Assembly: GCA_964540895.1 (NCBI GenBank)
Contig: CAZIOP010000001.1
Span: 187,596-251,595 of the forward strand
Source of the DNA: an uncultured Gammaproteobacteria bacterium
GTDB lineage: Bacteria > Patescibacteriota > Patescibacteriia > Patescibacteriales > Patescibacteriaceae
DNA length: 64,000 nucleotides
Reading direction: 5' to 3'
Shown: piece by piece, positions 18,033 through 26,861 of the stretch
Layout of the letters: each line of letters begins with the position of its first letter
Position numbering within the stretch: position 1 is the stretch's first letter
The notes under the pieces: model-generated
Databases searched by the model: none
Told to the model about the DNA's origin: nothing
The model's input: the letters and a program-made list of their open reading frames with translations, nothing else
Made by a program: the position numbers and the translations under genes

Positions 18033-18305
18033 ATGACAAAGTCTCAGCTCATGGAAGTTCTGTCTTCCAAGTCAGGAATGGCGAAGAAGGATGTCGTCAA
18101 TTTTATGACCGTGTTAGCCGATTTGGCTTACGTGGAAGTAAAAAAGAATGGTGAATTTGTATTACCAGGTTTTGGTAAGTTAGTAAAAATGCGTCGTGCT
18201 GCTCGTCAGGGACGTAACCCAGCCACGGGTGCAACTATCCAGATCCCAGCTAAGACTGTAGTAAAATTCCGTCTTTCTAAAGCTGCTAAGGATGCAGTTC
18301 TCTAG
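18033..18305 (+). CDS. hup: HU-family nucleoid DNA-binding protein
   Basis: MTKSQL.., GFGKLVKMRRAARQGRNPATGATIQIPAKTVVKFR is the HU arm sequence. Confidence 0.93.
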   Translation: MTKSQLMEVLSSKSGMAKKDVVNFMTVLADLAYVEVKKNGEFVLPGFGKLVKMRRAARQGRNPATGATIQIPAKTVVKFRLSKAAKDAVL

Positions 18306-18325
18306 GAGAATTTAAGTTTTTCAAG

Positions 18326-18359
18326 AAATCGCTTTGGTTATATACCCGGGCGATTTTTT
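18326..18359 (+). terminator. intrinsic terminator after hup
   Basis: aaatcgc...gcgattttttg. Confidence 0.5.
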
Positions 18360-18385
18360 GTTTTCTAACTAAAAATAGATACCCC

Positions 18386-18414
18386 TTGCCAAAATCATTA
18401 AAATAAGCTATAAT
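18386..18414 (+). promoter_or_regulatory. promoter TTGCCA-17-TATAAT
   Basis: TTGCCA at 18386-18391 and TATAAT at 18409-18414. Confidence 0.6.
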
Positions 18415-18444
18415 CTAAGATACTCAGCTTAAAAAACCTAGTTT

Positions 18445-18705
18445 ATGATCGATCCCCAAGCACTAGATCAGCTGATAACTCAGCTAATTCACAGAAAAGG
18501 TCTGGAAATTGCCGATGAAAATCGGGCTTCTTTTACCGAAGAAGTAGTTGATAAAATCAACGATAGTATTCTTCGGAATATTCCGGATGAGAAATTACCG
18601 GAATTTGAAATGGTTCTTGAAGAAGGCGATGAAGAAAAAGTTAAAAGCTTTATTCGTCAGCAGATTCCAAATCTCGAATACGTTGTAACACAAGCCTTGT
18701 CCTAA
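18445..18705 (+). CDS. hypothetical acidic protein (86 aa)
   Basis: ORF downstream of a good promoter. No family recognised. Confidence 0.5.
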   Translation: MIDPQALDQLITQLIHRKGLEIADENRASFTEEVVDKINDSILRNIPDEKLPEFEMVLEEGDEEKVKSFIRQQIPNLEYVVTQALS

Positions 18706-18723
18706 TTTTTTTTATTTCTCCGT

Positions 18724-18876
18724 ATGTCTAATAGCATTGAGAATTTTGGAATTGAAAACAATTCTGAACAAAATCGAGATCGTATAAAAAAGAAATTTCG
18801 TAATGAAATTGCTGTTATTTCTTTGGGTGCTCTTAAAGAGGAAAACGACTCAATATTATCAGAGGATAATAAATAA
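18724..18876 (+). CDS. possible small ORF (50 aa), absent from the ORF track
   Basis: Hand translation MSNSIENFGIENNSEQNRDRIKKKFRNEIAVISLGALKEENDSILSEDNK*, directly followed by a terminator. Confidence 0.3.
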   Translation: MSNSIENFGIENNSEQNRDRIKKKFRNEIAVISLGALKEENDSILSEDNK

Positions 18877-18888
18877 TTTATTTTTAAG

Positions 18889-18915
18889 AAATCCGGTGTT
18901 TTTCCGGATTTTTTG
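18889..18915 (+). terminator. intrinsic terminator
   Basis: aatccgg-tgttttt-ccggatt followed by T-run. Confidence 0.6.
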
Positions 18916-18979
18916 TTTTTTCCACCTTGTTTTCACTACTTTTTTCGTGTACACTATAAACACTAAATTATACATATAT

Positions 18980-19936
18980 ATGTCTGAATTAGCTATTGTT
19001 ATAGAAAATCTAACTAAATCGTTTAAGAAAGTTGAGGTTCTAAAAGGTATTAACTTAACTGTTGAAAAAGGTACGGTGTTAGGATTATTAGGACCTAATG
19101 GTGCTGGTAAAACTACTACTGTGCGTATTTTAAGCACACTTCTAAAACCAGACGGAGGAAAAGTTTTGGTTAACGGCTTTGATGTTAATACGGAGGACGA
19201 TGAAGTTCGTCACAGTATTGGTCTAACTGGACAGTATGCGGCGGTTGATGAATATCTATCAGGTCGTGATAATTTGATTATGATGGGTCGCTTATATCAT
19301 TTGCACAAAGATAAAGCTAAAGAACGAGCTGAACTATTGTTAGAGAAATTTGACTTAGTTGAAGCAGCTGATCGTTTAGCCAAAACATATTCAGGTGGTA
19401 TGCGTCGTCGGTTAGACTTAGCTTTGAGTCTAGTAGCTACACCGCCAATTATTTTCTTAGATGAACCAACTACTGGCTTAGATCCACGAAGTCGACTAGC
19501 AGTTTGGGATATTATTCGCCAATTAAAGAAATCAGGTGCTACTATTTTGTTAACCACTCAGTATTTAGAAGAAGCTGATAAATTAGCTGATCGTATTGCT
19601 CTAATTGATCATGGTGTAGTTATTGCTGAAGGTACGCCTGATGAATTAAAAGAGAAAATTGGCAAAGATCGTTTAGATGTAACAATTACTAATAATCAAG
19701 ATTTTGAAAAAGCCTTGCATATTATTACAGATGAAGTTGTTCAATCAGAGGCTGATGAAGGATTAATTAGTATTGCCACTAATGGTACAGTGGCTCACGT
19801 TAAGCGGATTCTAGATCAATTTGAAGTTGCTAATATTCAAATTGAGAGTTTGAATTTACATAAACCAACACTGGATGATGTATTTCTTCATTTAACTGAT
19901 AAAGATCCTCAGACTGAAGAATCTAGCAATAAATAA
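18980..19936 (+). CDS. ABC transporter ATP-binding protein (DrrA/ABC-2 exporter type)
   Basis: Walker A GPNGAGKTT, signature YSGGMRRRL, Walker B IIFLDEPTTGLD. ATG at 18980 (MSELAIV); the track start at 18803 is an extension. Confidence 0.9.
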   Translation: MSELAIVIENLTKSFKKVEVLKGINLTVEKGTVLGLLGPNGAGKTTTVRILSTLLKPDGGKVLVNGFDVNTEDDEVRHSIGLTGQYAAVDEYLSGRDNLIMMGRLYHLHKDKAKERAELLLEKFDLVEAADRLAKTYSGGMRRRLDLALSLVATPPIIFLDEPTTGLDPRSRLAVWDIIRQLKKSGATILLTTQYLEEADKLADRIALIDHGVVIAEGTPDELKEKIGKDRLDVTITNNQDFEKALHIITDEVVQSEADEGLISIATNGTVAHVKRILDQFEVANIQIESLNLHKPTLDDVFLHLTDKDPQTEESSNK

Positions 19937-19944
19937 ATACTATT

Positions 19945-20763
19945 ATGTCTACCGAACTATTTACTGTTGAATCAGTTAAACCAGAGGAACATTCCAAACT
20001 ATATTGGATGTTTAACGATTCATTCATCTTAATCAAACGAAGTTTGACCCATATTGTTAAAAATATGGATCAATTATTAGGTGTGGCGTTTCAGCCAATC
20101 ATGTTCATGTTGTTATTTAGGTATGTTTTTGGAGGGGCTATTAATACAGGTGATACTAGTTACGTTAATTTCTTGGTGGCTGGTATTTTAGTGCAAACTG
20201 CAGCCTTTGGTGCCCTAACTACGGCTGTTGGTATCGCCACAGATTTGCAACGGGGGATTGTCGATCGTATTAAGTCATTACCAATTTTTAGTTCAGCTTT
20301 GTTAGTGGGACATGTCACGGCTGATTTAGCTCGAAATGTTATTTCTTCAGTGGTTATGATTTTAGTTGGACTTTTAGTTGGTTTTCATCCCACTGCCGGC
20401 TTTGGTGATTGGTTAATTATCACTGCTATTGTTTTATTATTTACCTTTGCCTTATCATGGTTGTCAGCCATTATGGGCCTCCTAGCTAAATCAGTGGAAG
20501 CTGTTCAATGGTTAGGGTTTGTATTTATCTTTCCAATAACCTTTGCCAGTGCTGCCTTTGCTCCAACAGCTTCGATGCCAAAAGGATTACGATTATTTGC
20601 TGAGAATCAACCAGTGAGTCATGTTATTGAAGCCATACGGGCTTTGATGAATGGCTTGCCAGTGGGTAATCATGTTTGGATTTCAGTAGTATGGTGTCTG
20701 GGACTTATTATTGTCTCAATTCCCATTGCTACAGTTCTGTTTAGACGTCATACTAGTAAATAA
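19945..20763 (+). CDS. ABC-2 type transporter permease
   Basis: Six hydrophobic segments, adjacent to the ATPase; typical ABC-2 size and layout. Confidence 0.85.
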   Translation: MSTELFTVESVKPEEHSKLYWMFNDSFILIKRSLTHIVKNMDQLLGVAFQPIMFMLLFRYVFGGAINTGDTSYVNFLVAGILVQTAAFGALTTAVGIATDLQRGIVDRIKSLPIFSSALLVGHVTADLARNVISSVVMILVGLLVGFHPTAGFGDWLIITAIVLLFTFALSWLSAIMGLLAKSVEAVQWLGFVFIFPITFASAAFAPTASMPKGLRLFAENQPVSHVIEAIRALMNGLPVGNHVWISVVWCLGLIIVSIPIATVLFRRHTSK

Positions 20764-20767
20764 GAGT

Positions 20768-20804
20768 AAAAAAAGAACCCATCATGAAGCTGATGGGTTT
20801 TTTA
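20768..20804. terminator. bidirectional intrinsic terminator
   Basis: A-run, aacccatca-tgaagc-tgatgggtt, T-run. Confidence 0.7.
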
Positions 20805-20816
20805 GTATAAGGTTAT

Positions 20817-21650
20817 TTATGAAAGATCGAGAAAATGCTGTGCATTATGTGATGCAAATTTTTGAGTTAAATGTTTTATTCTCAAGTTATTTTTTCTTTG
20901 GTCTTTCAAAAAATTAGAATAAAGCTTAAATGAATGATCAGTTGATTGATTTTTAATAGTGCCAAAAGCAAACCGGAAATGTGGTGATGTTAATATTTCA
21001 TGAGGATCATTAATTATTTTGTTATTTTTTTCATCTATATTAAAAGAAAGTGGAGAAATAATAGCGAAAACTTTTGATGTTGAATTTGGGATATTCTTTA
21101 CATACTGTAACGCTTTTTTACTAATTAAATCCTCGAGAATAATAGTAAGATCTGGAAATTTTAGTATTATTTCCGGGAGACATTTTTTAATAAAATGTTT
21201 CTCACCTCTTTTTATTTCCTTGATTATTTCAGTGTTTGTATAGACCATTCGTGGTATATACAATGGAATTTTATTTTTCTCTAGAATAGTAAAGAGCGGG
21301 GAAAGGGTTTCTTGACAGAATTCTGTTAAATTTTCTGGGGTTAGAGAGGTTGTAATTAATCGGGTTGCTACAAAAAGTTTCTTTTCATAACCTGTAATAA
21401 TTTCATCGTAATTAGAGTACTGGTTAACATTCATCGTCATAAATACTTTGAAATTTGATTTATGCGGTATAAACGTTGAAATGAATTTTTTCAATCCTCT
21501 AATCCCCTCAAGAGTATTTAGGGGATATATTTCCGAAGTTACAACGGCAACTCCGAATGGTTCATGAAACATGGATGTAAAAAAACTATTACTGTTCATA
21601 CTTAAACACGCGTCTACGTATGAATTAAAAAGTACTTTTTCTGGCTTCAT
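20817..21650 (-). CDS. orphan hypothetical protein (277 aa), visibly more AT-rich than its neighbours
   Basis: Long ORF with no recognisable motif and an A-rich, SD-less upstream region. Confidence 0.55.
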   Translation of the reverse strand: MKPEKVLFNSYVDACLSMNSNSFFTSMFHEPFGVAVVTSEIYPLNTLEGIRGLKKFISTFIPHKSNFKVFMTMNVNQYSNYDEIITGYEKKLFVATRLITTSLTPENLTEFCQETLSPLFTILEKNKIPLYIPRMVYTNTEIIKEIKRGEKHFIKKCLPEIILKFPDLTIILEDLISKKALQYVKNIPNSTSKVFAIISPLSFNIDEKNNKIINDPHEILTSPHFRFAFGTIKNQSTDHSFKLYSNFLKDQRKNNLRIKHLTQKFASHNAQHFLDLS

Positions 21651-21774
21651 TTTTTTTATTTTTTATTTTTAAGGTATTTTGAATATATAGAAAACCTAGT
21701 CTTTTGTCAAAAGTATATCAAAAAAGACCGCTATATGAGGTCTTTTTTGATAAAATGATTTGATTATAAAATTT

Positions 21775-22170
21775 TTATTTCTTCGCATCCTCCCAGACAC
21801 CAATAGTGTTACCTTCGGTATCTTTGATATAGGCATACATCCCAGCGCCAGCAATAGATTTCTTTTCCATCAGAATAGATCCACCCGAGGCTTTGACTTT
21901 TTCCAAAGTAGAATCGATATCATTGACTACCACGGCAATGGTAGGTGAGGTAACAGGAAACTGTTGACCGCGTTGGAACATTCCACCGTTAATAAAGCCA
22001 GGTTCAGCCCATTGGTTCTTTTCATTCATAGGGCCAGTGTGAAGGCCAACATAAGGTTCTCCACCAGGCATTGGCCAATCAGCTGTTTTCCAACCAAAGG
22101 AGGCTTCATAGAACTTCCTGGCACGGCTAACATCATCGGCTGGAATTTCAAAATGTTGTACTTTATCCAT
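21775..22170 (-). CDS. VOC (glyoxalase/bleomycin-resistance/dioxygenase) family protein
   Basis: 131 aa. HFEIPADD...ARKFYE and GGSILM..AYIKDTEGNTIG paired beta-alpha-beta-beta-beta modules. Confidence 0.85.
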   Translation of the reverse strand: MDKVQHFEIPADDVSRARKFYEASFGWKTADWPMPGGEPYVGLHTGPMNEKNQWAEPGFINGGMFQRGQQFPVTSPTIAVVVNDIDSTLEKVKASGGSILMEKKSIAGAGMYAYIKDTEGNTIGVWEDAKK

Positions 22171-22178
22171 ATAGTTAT

Positions 22179-22664
22179 TTAATTAGTAAGATGATTTTTT
22201 AAAAAATCACTAATATCAAGTGGTTTAGAAACCATTGCTATTGTCTGGCCACTATCTCGTGGCCATTCTGTTTTTGGTCTATCAACATACAATTCAACTC
22301 CAATATTGTCAGGGTCTCGTAAATAAAAGGCCAGTGAAACACCATGATCAGAGGCACCCTCTAAGGGATACTGTGTGTCAAGAATTTTTTTCACAATTCG
22401 TGCCAGTTCTTGATGGGTTGGGAACAGAATAGCAACATGATATAGCCCAGCCTGTTTGTTTGAAGCAGGTAGGATATCTGTACCAGCCCAGGTATTTAAT
22501 CCAATATGGTGATGATAGCCACCAGCAGATAAAAAAACGGCGGAATCACCATATGTTGTCACTACATCAAATTCTAGTAGATCTCGGTAGAATTGCAGTG
22601 ATCGTTCAAGGTTGGAAACCGTTAAATGAACATGCCCAATTCTCGTTTCTGGATGAAGACTCAT
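22179..22664 (-). CDS. VOC family protein (glyoxalase / extradiol-dioxygenase-like)
   Basis: IGHVHLTVSNLERSLQFYRDLLEF and HVAILFP..AFYLRDPDNIGVEL motifs. Confidence 0.85.
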   Translation of the reverse strand: MSLHPETRIGHVHLTVSNLERSLQFYRDLLEFDVVTTYGDSAVFLSAGGYHHHIGLNTWAGTDILPASNKQAGLYHVAILFPTHQELARIVKKILDTQYPLEGASDHGVSLAFYLRDPDNIGVELYVDRPKTEWPRDSGQTIAMVSKPLDISDFLKNHLTN

Positions 22665-22721
22665 ATGTCTAGGGTAGCAAAAATGTTAAGCTTGAACAAA
22701 TTTTTGTAAAATAAAACCCTG

Positions 22722-23141
22722 TTATCCAGGGTTTATATTATTAATTTTGTTTCGAATAACAGCGGCCTCCTCATAGTTCTCCTCTTCAAGTGCCTTGTTA
22801 AGCGAGATTTGCAAATTATCTTCTGCTACAGATTTTTTTGAAGGAAGAGGTATTTCAAATGCATATACCTCTTCAATATGACTTAAAAAGGTATCTCTAG
22901 TACCTTCTAGGTCAGGATACCATCCAAAATCATCTTCATTAATATGAACAACATATCCTTCTTTAAGACGTGTAACTTTGAGACAGAATAGCTCAGTTTT
23001 TTTCGTACGTATTGAAAAACTTGTATCAATAAAAAATTTTTTGTTCTTGTCTACCCAGCATGATAAAATTGCTATGTAGGCTGATTGCCCGAACTGAAGT
23101 TCAGATATTTTACTAAGAATTTTTTCTGGGGGGAGCTCCAT
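22722..23141 (-). CDS. orphan protein with a C-terminal UVR-like motif (139 aa), strong SD
   Basis: AAAGGAGGtattATG upstream. C-terminal LNKALEEENYEEAAVIRNKI resembles the UvrB/UvrC (UVR) helical hairpin. Confidence 0.6.
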   Translation of the reverse strand: MELPPEKILSKISELQFGQSAYIAILSCWVDKNKKFFIDTSFSIRTKKTELFCLKVTRLKEGYVVHINEDDFGWYPDLEGTRDTFLSHIEEVYAFEIPLPSKKSVAEDNLQISLNKALEEENYEEAAVIRNKINNINPG

Positions 23142-23213
23142 AATACCTCCTTTAGTTTTTATGAAATGAACGTTAATATCAGTTTAATACAACTAGATTG
23201 ATAGTCAAGAGGA

Positions 23214-23894
23214 TTATTTGAGTAAGGTAGATTTTCTTTTGGCACGAGATAGAATAACCCACAATGACAATGACATAACTAGAATACCAAGGAAGTTAAA
23301 CATTAAGTCATTGGCTGTATCAGTACCGAGTCCTGACCGTTGGGTACCATAGATTAAGTCTTCAGAATATTCTTCAACTTCGTATAAAGCACCAAGAGCT
23401 AAGGCAGAAACAGAGGAAATATAGATAGCAAACCGCAGACGGTCAAGTTTATGCATTAACTTAAATTGGAATTTATCTAACCAAAAGGCAGAGATAATAA
23501 CAAAGATGATAAAACACACTAAACTACTGGAAGTAAAATGTAAGGCTTGATCCCACCAGTCAAAACGAGCATAAAAATGAAAGACATCAGCGATAAAGTC
23601 AAGGAAAATAGCAGTGAAGGTTAAGATCCAAATTGAACTATGTAATGATCTACTATCTTTCTTTTTGAAATATAAATAAGCAATTACTTCTAAGATAATA
23701 AATGTAATAATAGAAGTGCTCAGTAAACCACGCCAGGTAAATTGAGGGGAGTAATCAAGAACTTTTAGAATATTTAAGCATTCAAAGACTAAGAGACCAA
23801 AAATAAATAAGCGAACAAGATTATGCATCCAGGCTTCTGGTAAGATTTGGTTTCTAAGATAAGAGTTAAACGTAGAAGTCTTTCGATTCACCAT
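23214..23894 (-). CDS. polytopic membrane protein, unknown function
   Basis: 226-aa ORF with about 6 hydrophobic segments. Confidence 0.6.
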   Translation of the reverse strand: MVNRKTSTFNSYLRNQILPEAWMHNLVRLFIFGLLVFECLNILKVLDYSPQFTWRGLLSTSIITFIILEVIAYLYFKKKDSRSLHSSIWILTFTAIFLDFIADVFHFYARFDWWDQALHFTSSSLVCFIIFVIISAFWLDKFQFKLMHKLDRLRFAIYISSVSALALGALYEVEEYSEDLIYGTQRSGLGTDTANDLMFNFLGILVMSLSLWVILSRAKRKSTLLK

Positions 23895-23975
23895 ATTACG
23901 CTTAGTATATCATTTTTCACTCATAATACGTAATTAAAGCATTTATCTAGATAAAGACTAGGGAAATAGCCTAAC

Positions 23976-24004
23976 TTGACATTTATAATTATGTCTGGTA
24001 TACT
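23976..24004 (+). promoter_or_regulatory. promoter TTGACA-17-TATACT for cspA, with a long 5' UTR
   Basis: TTGACA at 23976-23981 and TATACT at 23999-24004; about 80-nt UTR. Confidence 0.6.
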
Positions 24005-24089
24005 ATTGTCGTAATGAATATACGAGGTTTGTGACGTAGTCGATCAAAAACATCTATCAACTTACATTTTATTTACTCTATATAAATAC

Positions 24090-24287
24090 ATGCAGGGTAC
24101 AATCAAAAAATTGACTGACAAAGGCTTTGGTTTCATTGCTTCTGAAGGTCAGGAAAAGGACTTATTCTTCCATAGTAACAACTTGGTTGGTGTCCAATTC
24201 AACGACCTACACGAAGGTGACGCTGTCACTTACGAAACAGAGCAATCTGAAAAGGGTCTAAACGCTGTTAACGTACAACGTGCGTAA
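24090..24287 (+). CDS. cspA: cold-shock protein (CspA family)
   Basis: KGFGFI (RNP-1) and LFFHS (RNP-2-like) motifs; 65 aa. Confidence 0.95.
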   Translation: MQGTIKKLTDKGFGFIASEGQEKDLFFHSNNLVGVQFNDLHEGDAVTYETEQSEKGLNAVNVQRA

Positions 24288-24300
24288 TATCGCGTGATAA

Positions 24301-24333
24301 AAAACTCCTCCGGGTAACCGGGGGAGTTTTTTG
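24301..24333 (+). terminator. intrinsic terminator after cspA
   Basis: aaaactcctccgg-gtaa-ccgggggagtttttt. Confidence 0.75.
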
Positions 24334-24334
24334 T

Positions 24335-24363
24335 TTGACGACTATTATGAGGGGAGCTATACT
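24335..24363 (+). promoter_or_regulatory. promoter TTGACG-17-TATACT driving the micro-ORF transcript
   Basis: TTGACG at 24335-24340 and TATACT at 24358-24363. Confidence 0.5.
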
Positions 24364-24436
24364 TTAAGAGGTTCTTTCATATTTTATTGTATATTTTAAT
24401 TAACGGACTAAAATTCTCCCAAAGGAGGTAATTATC

Positions 24437-24454
24437 ATGTTGTTCGGACATTAA
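24437..24454 (+). CDS. micro-ORF 1: MLFGH* (5 codons) behind AAAGGAGG
   Basis: aaaggaggtaattatcATGTTGTTCGGACATTAA. Confidence 0.3.
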   Translation: MLFGH

Positions 24455-24523
24455 TCTGATCTTATTCTGTTTTACATTTTTTTAATTTTTCATAAATCTA
24501 AACTTCAGAAGGAGGTTAGCACA

Positions 24524-24565
24524 ATGATGACATCAAATCGCATTGGCCATCTTTTTGGTCATTAA
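24524..24565 (+). CDS. micro-ORF 2: MMTSNRIGHLFGH* (13 codons) behind GAAGGAGG
   Basis: gaaggaggttagcacaATGATGACATCAAATCGCATTGGCCATCTTTTTGGTCATTAA. Confidence 0.3.
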   Translation: MMTSNRIGHLFGH

Positions 24566-24590
24566 ACAGCCGGTACGCAGAAATTCAGTG

Positions 24591-24628
24591 AAAGCCTATT
24601 TTTATTCTAGGCTTTCTTTTTTTATATC
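24591..24628. terminator. intrinsic terminator closing the micro-ORF unit (bidirectional position)
   Basis: aaagccta-tttttattc-taggcttt followed by T-run. Confidence 0.65.
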
Positions 24629-24635
24629 TAAATTA

Positions 24636-24800
24636 TCAACTAGTTATTTTATACATCACCCAAATCCCAAGTATTCCACCTAGACCACTAATAATGACTG
24701 AAGAGAAAGAGAAGACACTTGCACCCCAGAGGAGGGGGATAAAGCTACCGATAGTTGAGCCAATTAAGAGACCGAGCCAGATGAGAGTTTTTGAATTCAT
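24636..24800 (-). CDS. small two-helix membrane protein (54 aa), absent from the ORF track
   Basis: Hand translation MNSKTLIWLGLLIGSTIGSFIPLLWGASVFSFSSVIISGLGGILGIWVMYKITS*. Confidence 0.5.
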   Translation of the reverse strand: MNSKTLIWLGLLIGSTIGSFIPLLWGASVFSFSSVIISGLGGILGIWVMYKITS

Positions 24801-24853
24801 ATAGTATAATCATACTAGCAACGAGATTATTTTAATAGGTATATATGTTGATA

Positions 24854-24882
24854 TTGACAAGTATATGAATAAATGATAGTAC
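24854..24882 (+). promoter_or_regulatory. promoter TTGACA-N14-TGA-TAGTAC for T9SS-CTD gene 1
   Basis: TTGACA at 24854-24859 and TGATAGTAC ending at 24882. About 135-nt A-rich UTR follows. Confidence 0.45.
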
Positions 24883-25019
24883 TCAAGAATAGAAGGAAAG
24901 GAGATATTTAAAAATTTAATAAATTTAAACACAGAAAGGAATATTTTGTTTTATTTTACATCCCCAAAATAAAATTTAAAATTAAACTGTCTCTAAAAAA
25001 GAGACAAAAGGAGAGTAAA

Positions 25020-26717
25020 ATGTTTAAGAAATTTTTTATCATGGTTTTAGGTTTTTGTTTGTCGGTAATAACTGCTGAGGGTCAGTGGTTAAATGAATTC
25101 TCAGCTATGGGACAAAATAATAATATCCTAACTACCGACGATCCTCAACCAGAGAGGGCACAAACTGACATAACCGTTTTCCCAGAGGGTTTGTATAATT
25201 GGGAAACCGGCTTACTTTGCGATAGTATCTGGGCAATGGGAAAGTTTAGCAAAAATGCAGATAACATAAACCAGTTTCAATGGCTTAGGCCATATCAGAG
25301 AGACTGGATGGATGTGTTAAGCTTTGACAGTTTGGATATACAAACCGGAGTTACACCTGTAGCTTGGGTTCAACTCGAGCTCAGAAGTAGGGAGGTTGAC
25401 TTCAAAGGTATGCCTAGAAGGTTTTATCATCAGGAAGGAATAATAACCACGAAGGGCAAAATTCTTGACGTTAGGGGATTCCCATTCTCGTGGAATGTAG
25501 TGATTGGTGACTACTTTATTGTAGTCCATACCAACAATCATTTACCTATCCAGAGCTCCCACTACGTTTTTTTTCAGAGAGATAGAGTAACGTGGGATTT
25601 TACTGACTCACCTGCGAAAACCTTGGGCGGCAAAGGAGCCGTCAAATTATTGCCAGGAAGCGTTGAAAAATGGGGAATGAGAGCGGGTGACCTGTGTCCA
25701 GCTCAAGGCTTTGGGTTAGGACATGATGGGGTCGTGGATCTAAACGACCAAATGTATATTTTTTATAGATATCATTTTAACTACGGCCACTGGGCCCCTG
25801 ACTTAAACGGTAATGGCAAGATTACACCGGACGACATAAACATGTGCGCCGCAAACTGGTTCGACGAAACATTCGTCCAGTATTGGGGACCGCCTTGGTG
25901 GAAGCAGCCATTGGGCAGTGATGACCCAGTTCCAGTTATAACTGGTTATGGTTATACATTAACAGCGGATAATTTCAGAACAACCCCTGCCCCGGGAGTT
26001 ATGAATTTCCAAATTCACATTCAAGCTGACGTTGATAGTTTGTATGTGGGTGGAATTCAACTAGCACTGAGGGTAAATCCTGATTACTTCGGAGGTATTG
26101 GACACATCTTTGCTGGACTCGAACCAAGTCCGGAACCATTCATTATTGATACAACAAGAATAAATATTAGTAATGATGAGATTAGAATAATAATCTTTCC
26201 AATGGATCCGATGGTCTTATACCGTATAAGTGATTCAGCTCCAAATTTACTTGTAAAAATTCGTCTTTGGACTGATTTGGGAGCGTTCCAAGGAAGCTTA
26301 AATCCATCTTGGAAAAACTCTGGAAACTTCCATACTCAAGTAATAGCGAGAAAGCCAGATGGAGGCATTCCTCCATTTGATGTGACTGACTCAAGTCGTC
26401 ATGTAATTGATTTTCCAACCGGCATAACCGGAGTTCAGGATATAATACCTGTTGATTATTCATTATTACAAAACTTCCCAAATCCCTTTAATCCCTCAAC
26501 CACGATATCATATTCCTTACCAAGGAACAGCAATGTAGAGTTATCGGTGTTTGATATTACAGGAAGACAAGTAATGAATTTAATGAATAACGAAGAAAAA
26601 ATTCCAGGAAATTATTCAATTACATTTGACGGAAGTAATTTATCCAGTGGAACATATTTTTATAAATTGAAAACAGATGAATTTACCGATGTAAAGAAGA
26701 TGGTTCTTATAAAATAA
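25020..26717 (+). CDS. secreted protein with a T9SS type-A C-terminal sorting domain (paralog 1)
   Basis: Signal peptide MFKKFFIMVLGFCLSVITAEG. SD aaaggagag. Last 85 aa (nt 26460-26714): SLLQNFPNPFNPSTTISYSLPRNSNVELSVFDITGRQVMNLMNNEEKIPGNYSITFDGSNLSSGTYFYKLKTDEFTDVKKMVLIK. Confidence 0.85.
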   Translation: MFKKFFIMVLGFCLSVITAEGQWLNEFSAMGQNNNILTTDDPQPERAQTDITVFPEGLYNWETGLLCDSIWAMGKFSKNADNINQFQWLRPYQRDWMDVLSFDSLDIQTGVTPVAWVQLELRSREVDFKGMPRRFYHQEGIITTKGKILDVRGFPFSWNVVIGDYFIVVHTNNHLPIQSSHYVFFQRDRVTWDFTDSPAKTLGGKGAVKLLPGSVEKWGMRAGDLCPAQGFGLGHDGVVDLNDQMYIFYRYHFNYGHWAPDLNGNGKITPDDINMCAANWFDETFVQYWGPPWWKQPLGSDDPVPVITGYGYTLTADNFRTTPAPGVMNFQIHIQADVDSLYVGGIQLALRVNPDYFGGIGHIFAGLEPSPEPFIIDTTRINISNDEIRIIIFPMDPMVLYRISDSAPNLLVKIRLWTDLGAFQGSLNPSWKNSGNFHTQVIARKPDGGIPPFDVTDSSRHVIDFPTGITGVQDIIPVDYSLLQNFPNPFNPSTTISYSLPRNSNVELSVFDITGRQVMNLMNNEEKIPGNYSITFDGSNLSSGTYFYKLKTDEFTDVKKMVLIK

Positions 26718-26740
26718 TTAAGATTGTTTTCATATAATGG

Positions 26741-26786
26741 AACCTCTTACCTGCAGTAATATCGCAGCGTGAGAGGTTTTTTTTAT
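26741..26786 (+). terminator. intrinsic terminator after paralog 1
   Basis: aacctct..ctgc...gcag..agaggtt followed by T8. Confidence 0.55.
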
Positions 26787-26814
26787 TTTAATATTAGCCT
26801 ATATATTAATATTA

Positions 26815-26843
26815 TTGACAAAAAAGGCCATAAGTGATAATAC
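26815..26843 (+). promoter_or_regulatory. promoter TTGACA-N14-TGA-TAATAC for T9SS-CTD gene 2
   Basis: TTGACA at 26815-26820 and TGATAATAC ending at 26843. Alignable with the paralog 1 promoter. Confidence 0.45.
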
Positions 26844-26861
26844 TAGGGCAAAGGAGAAACA

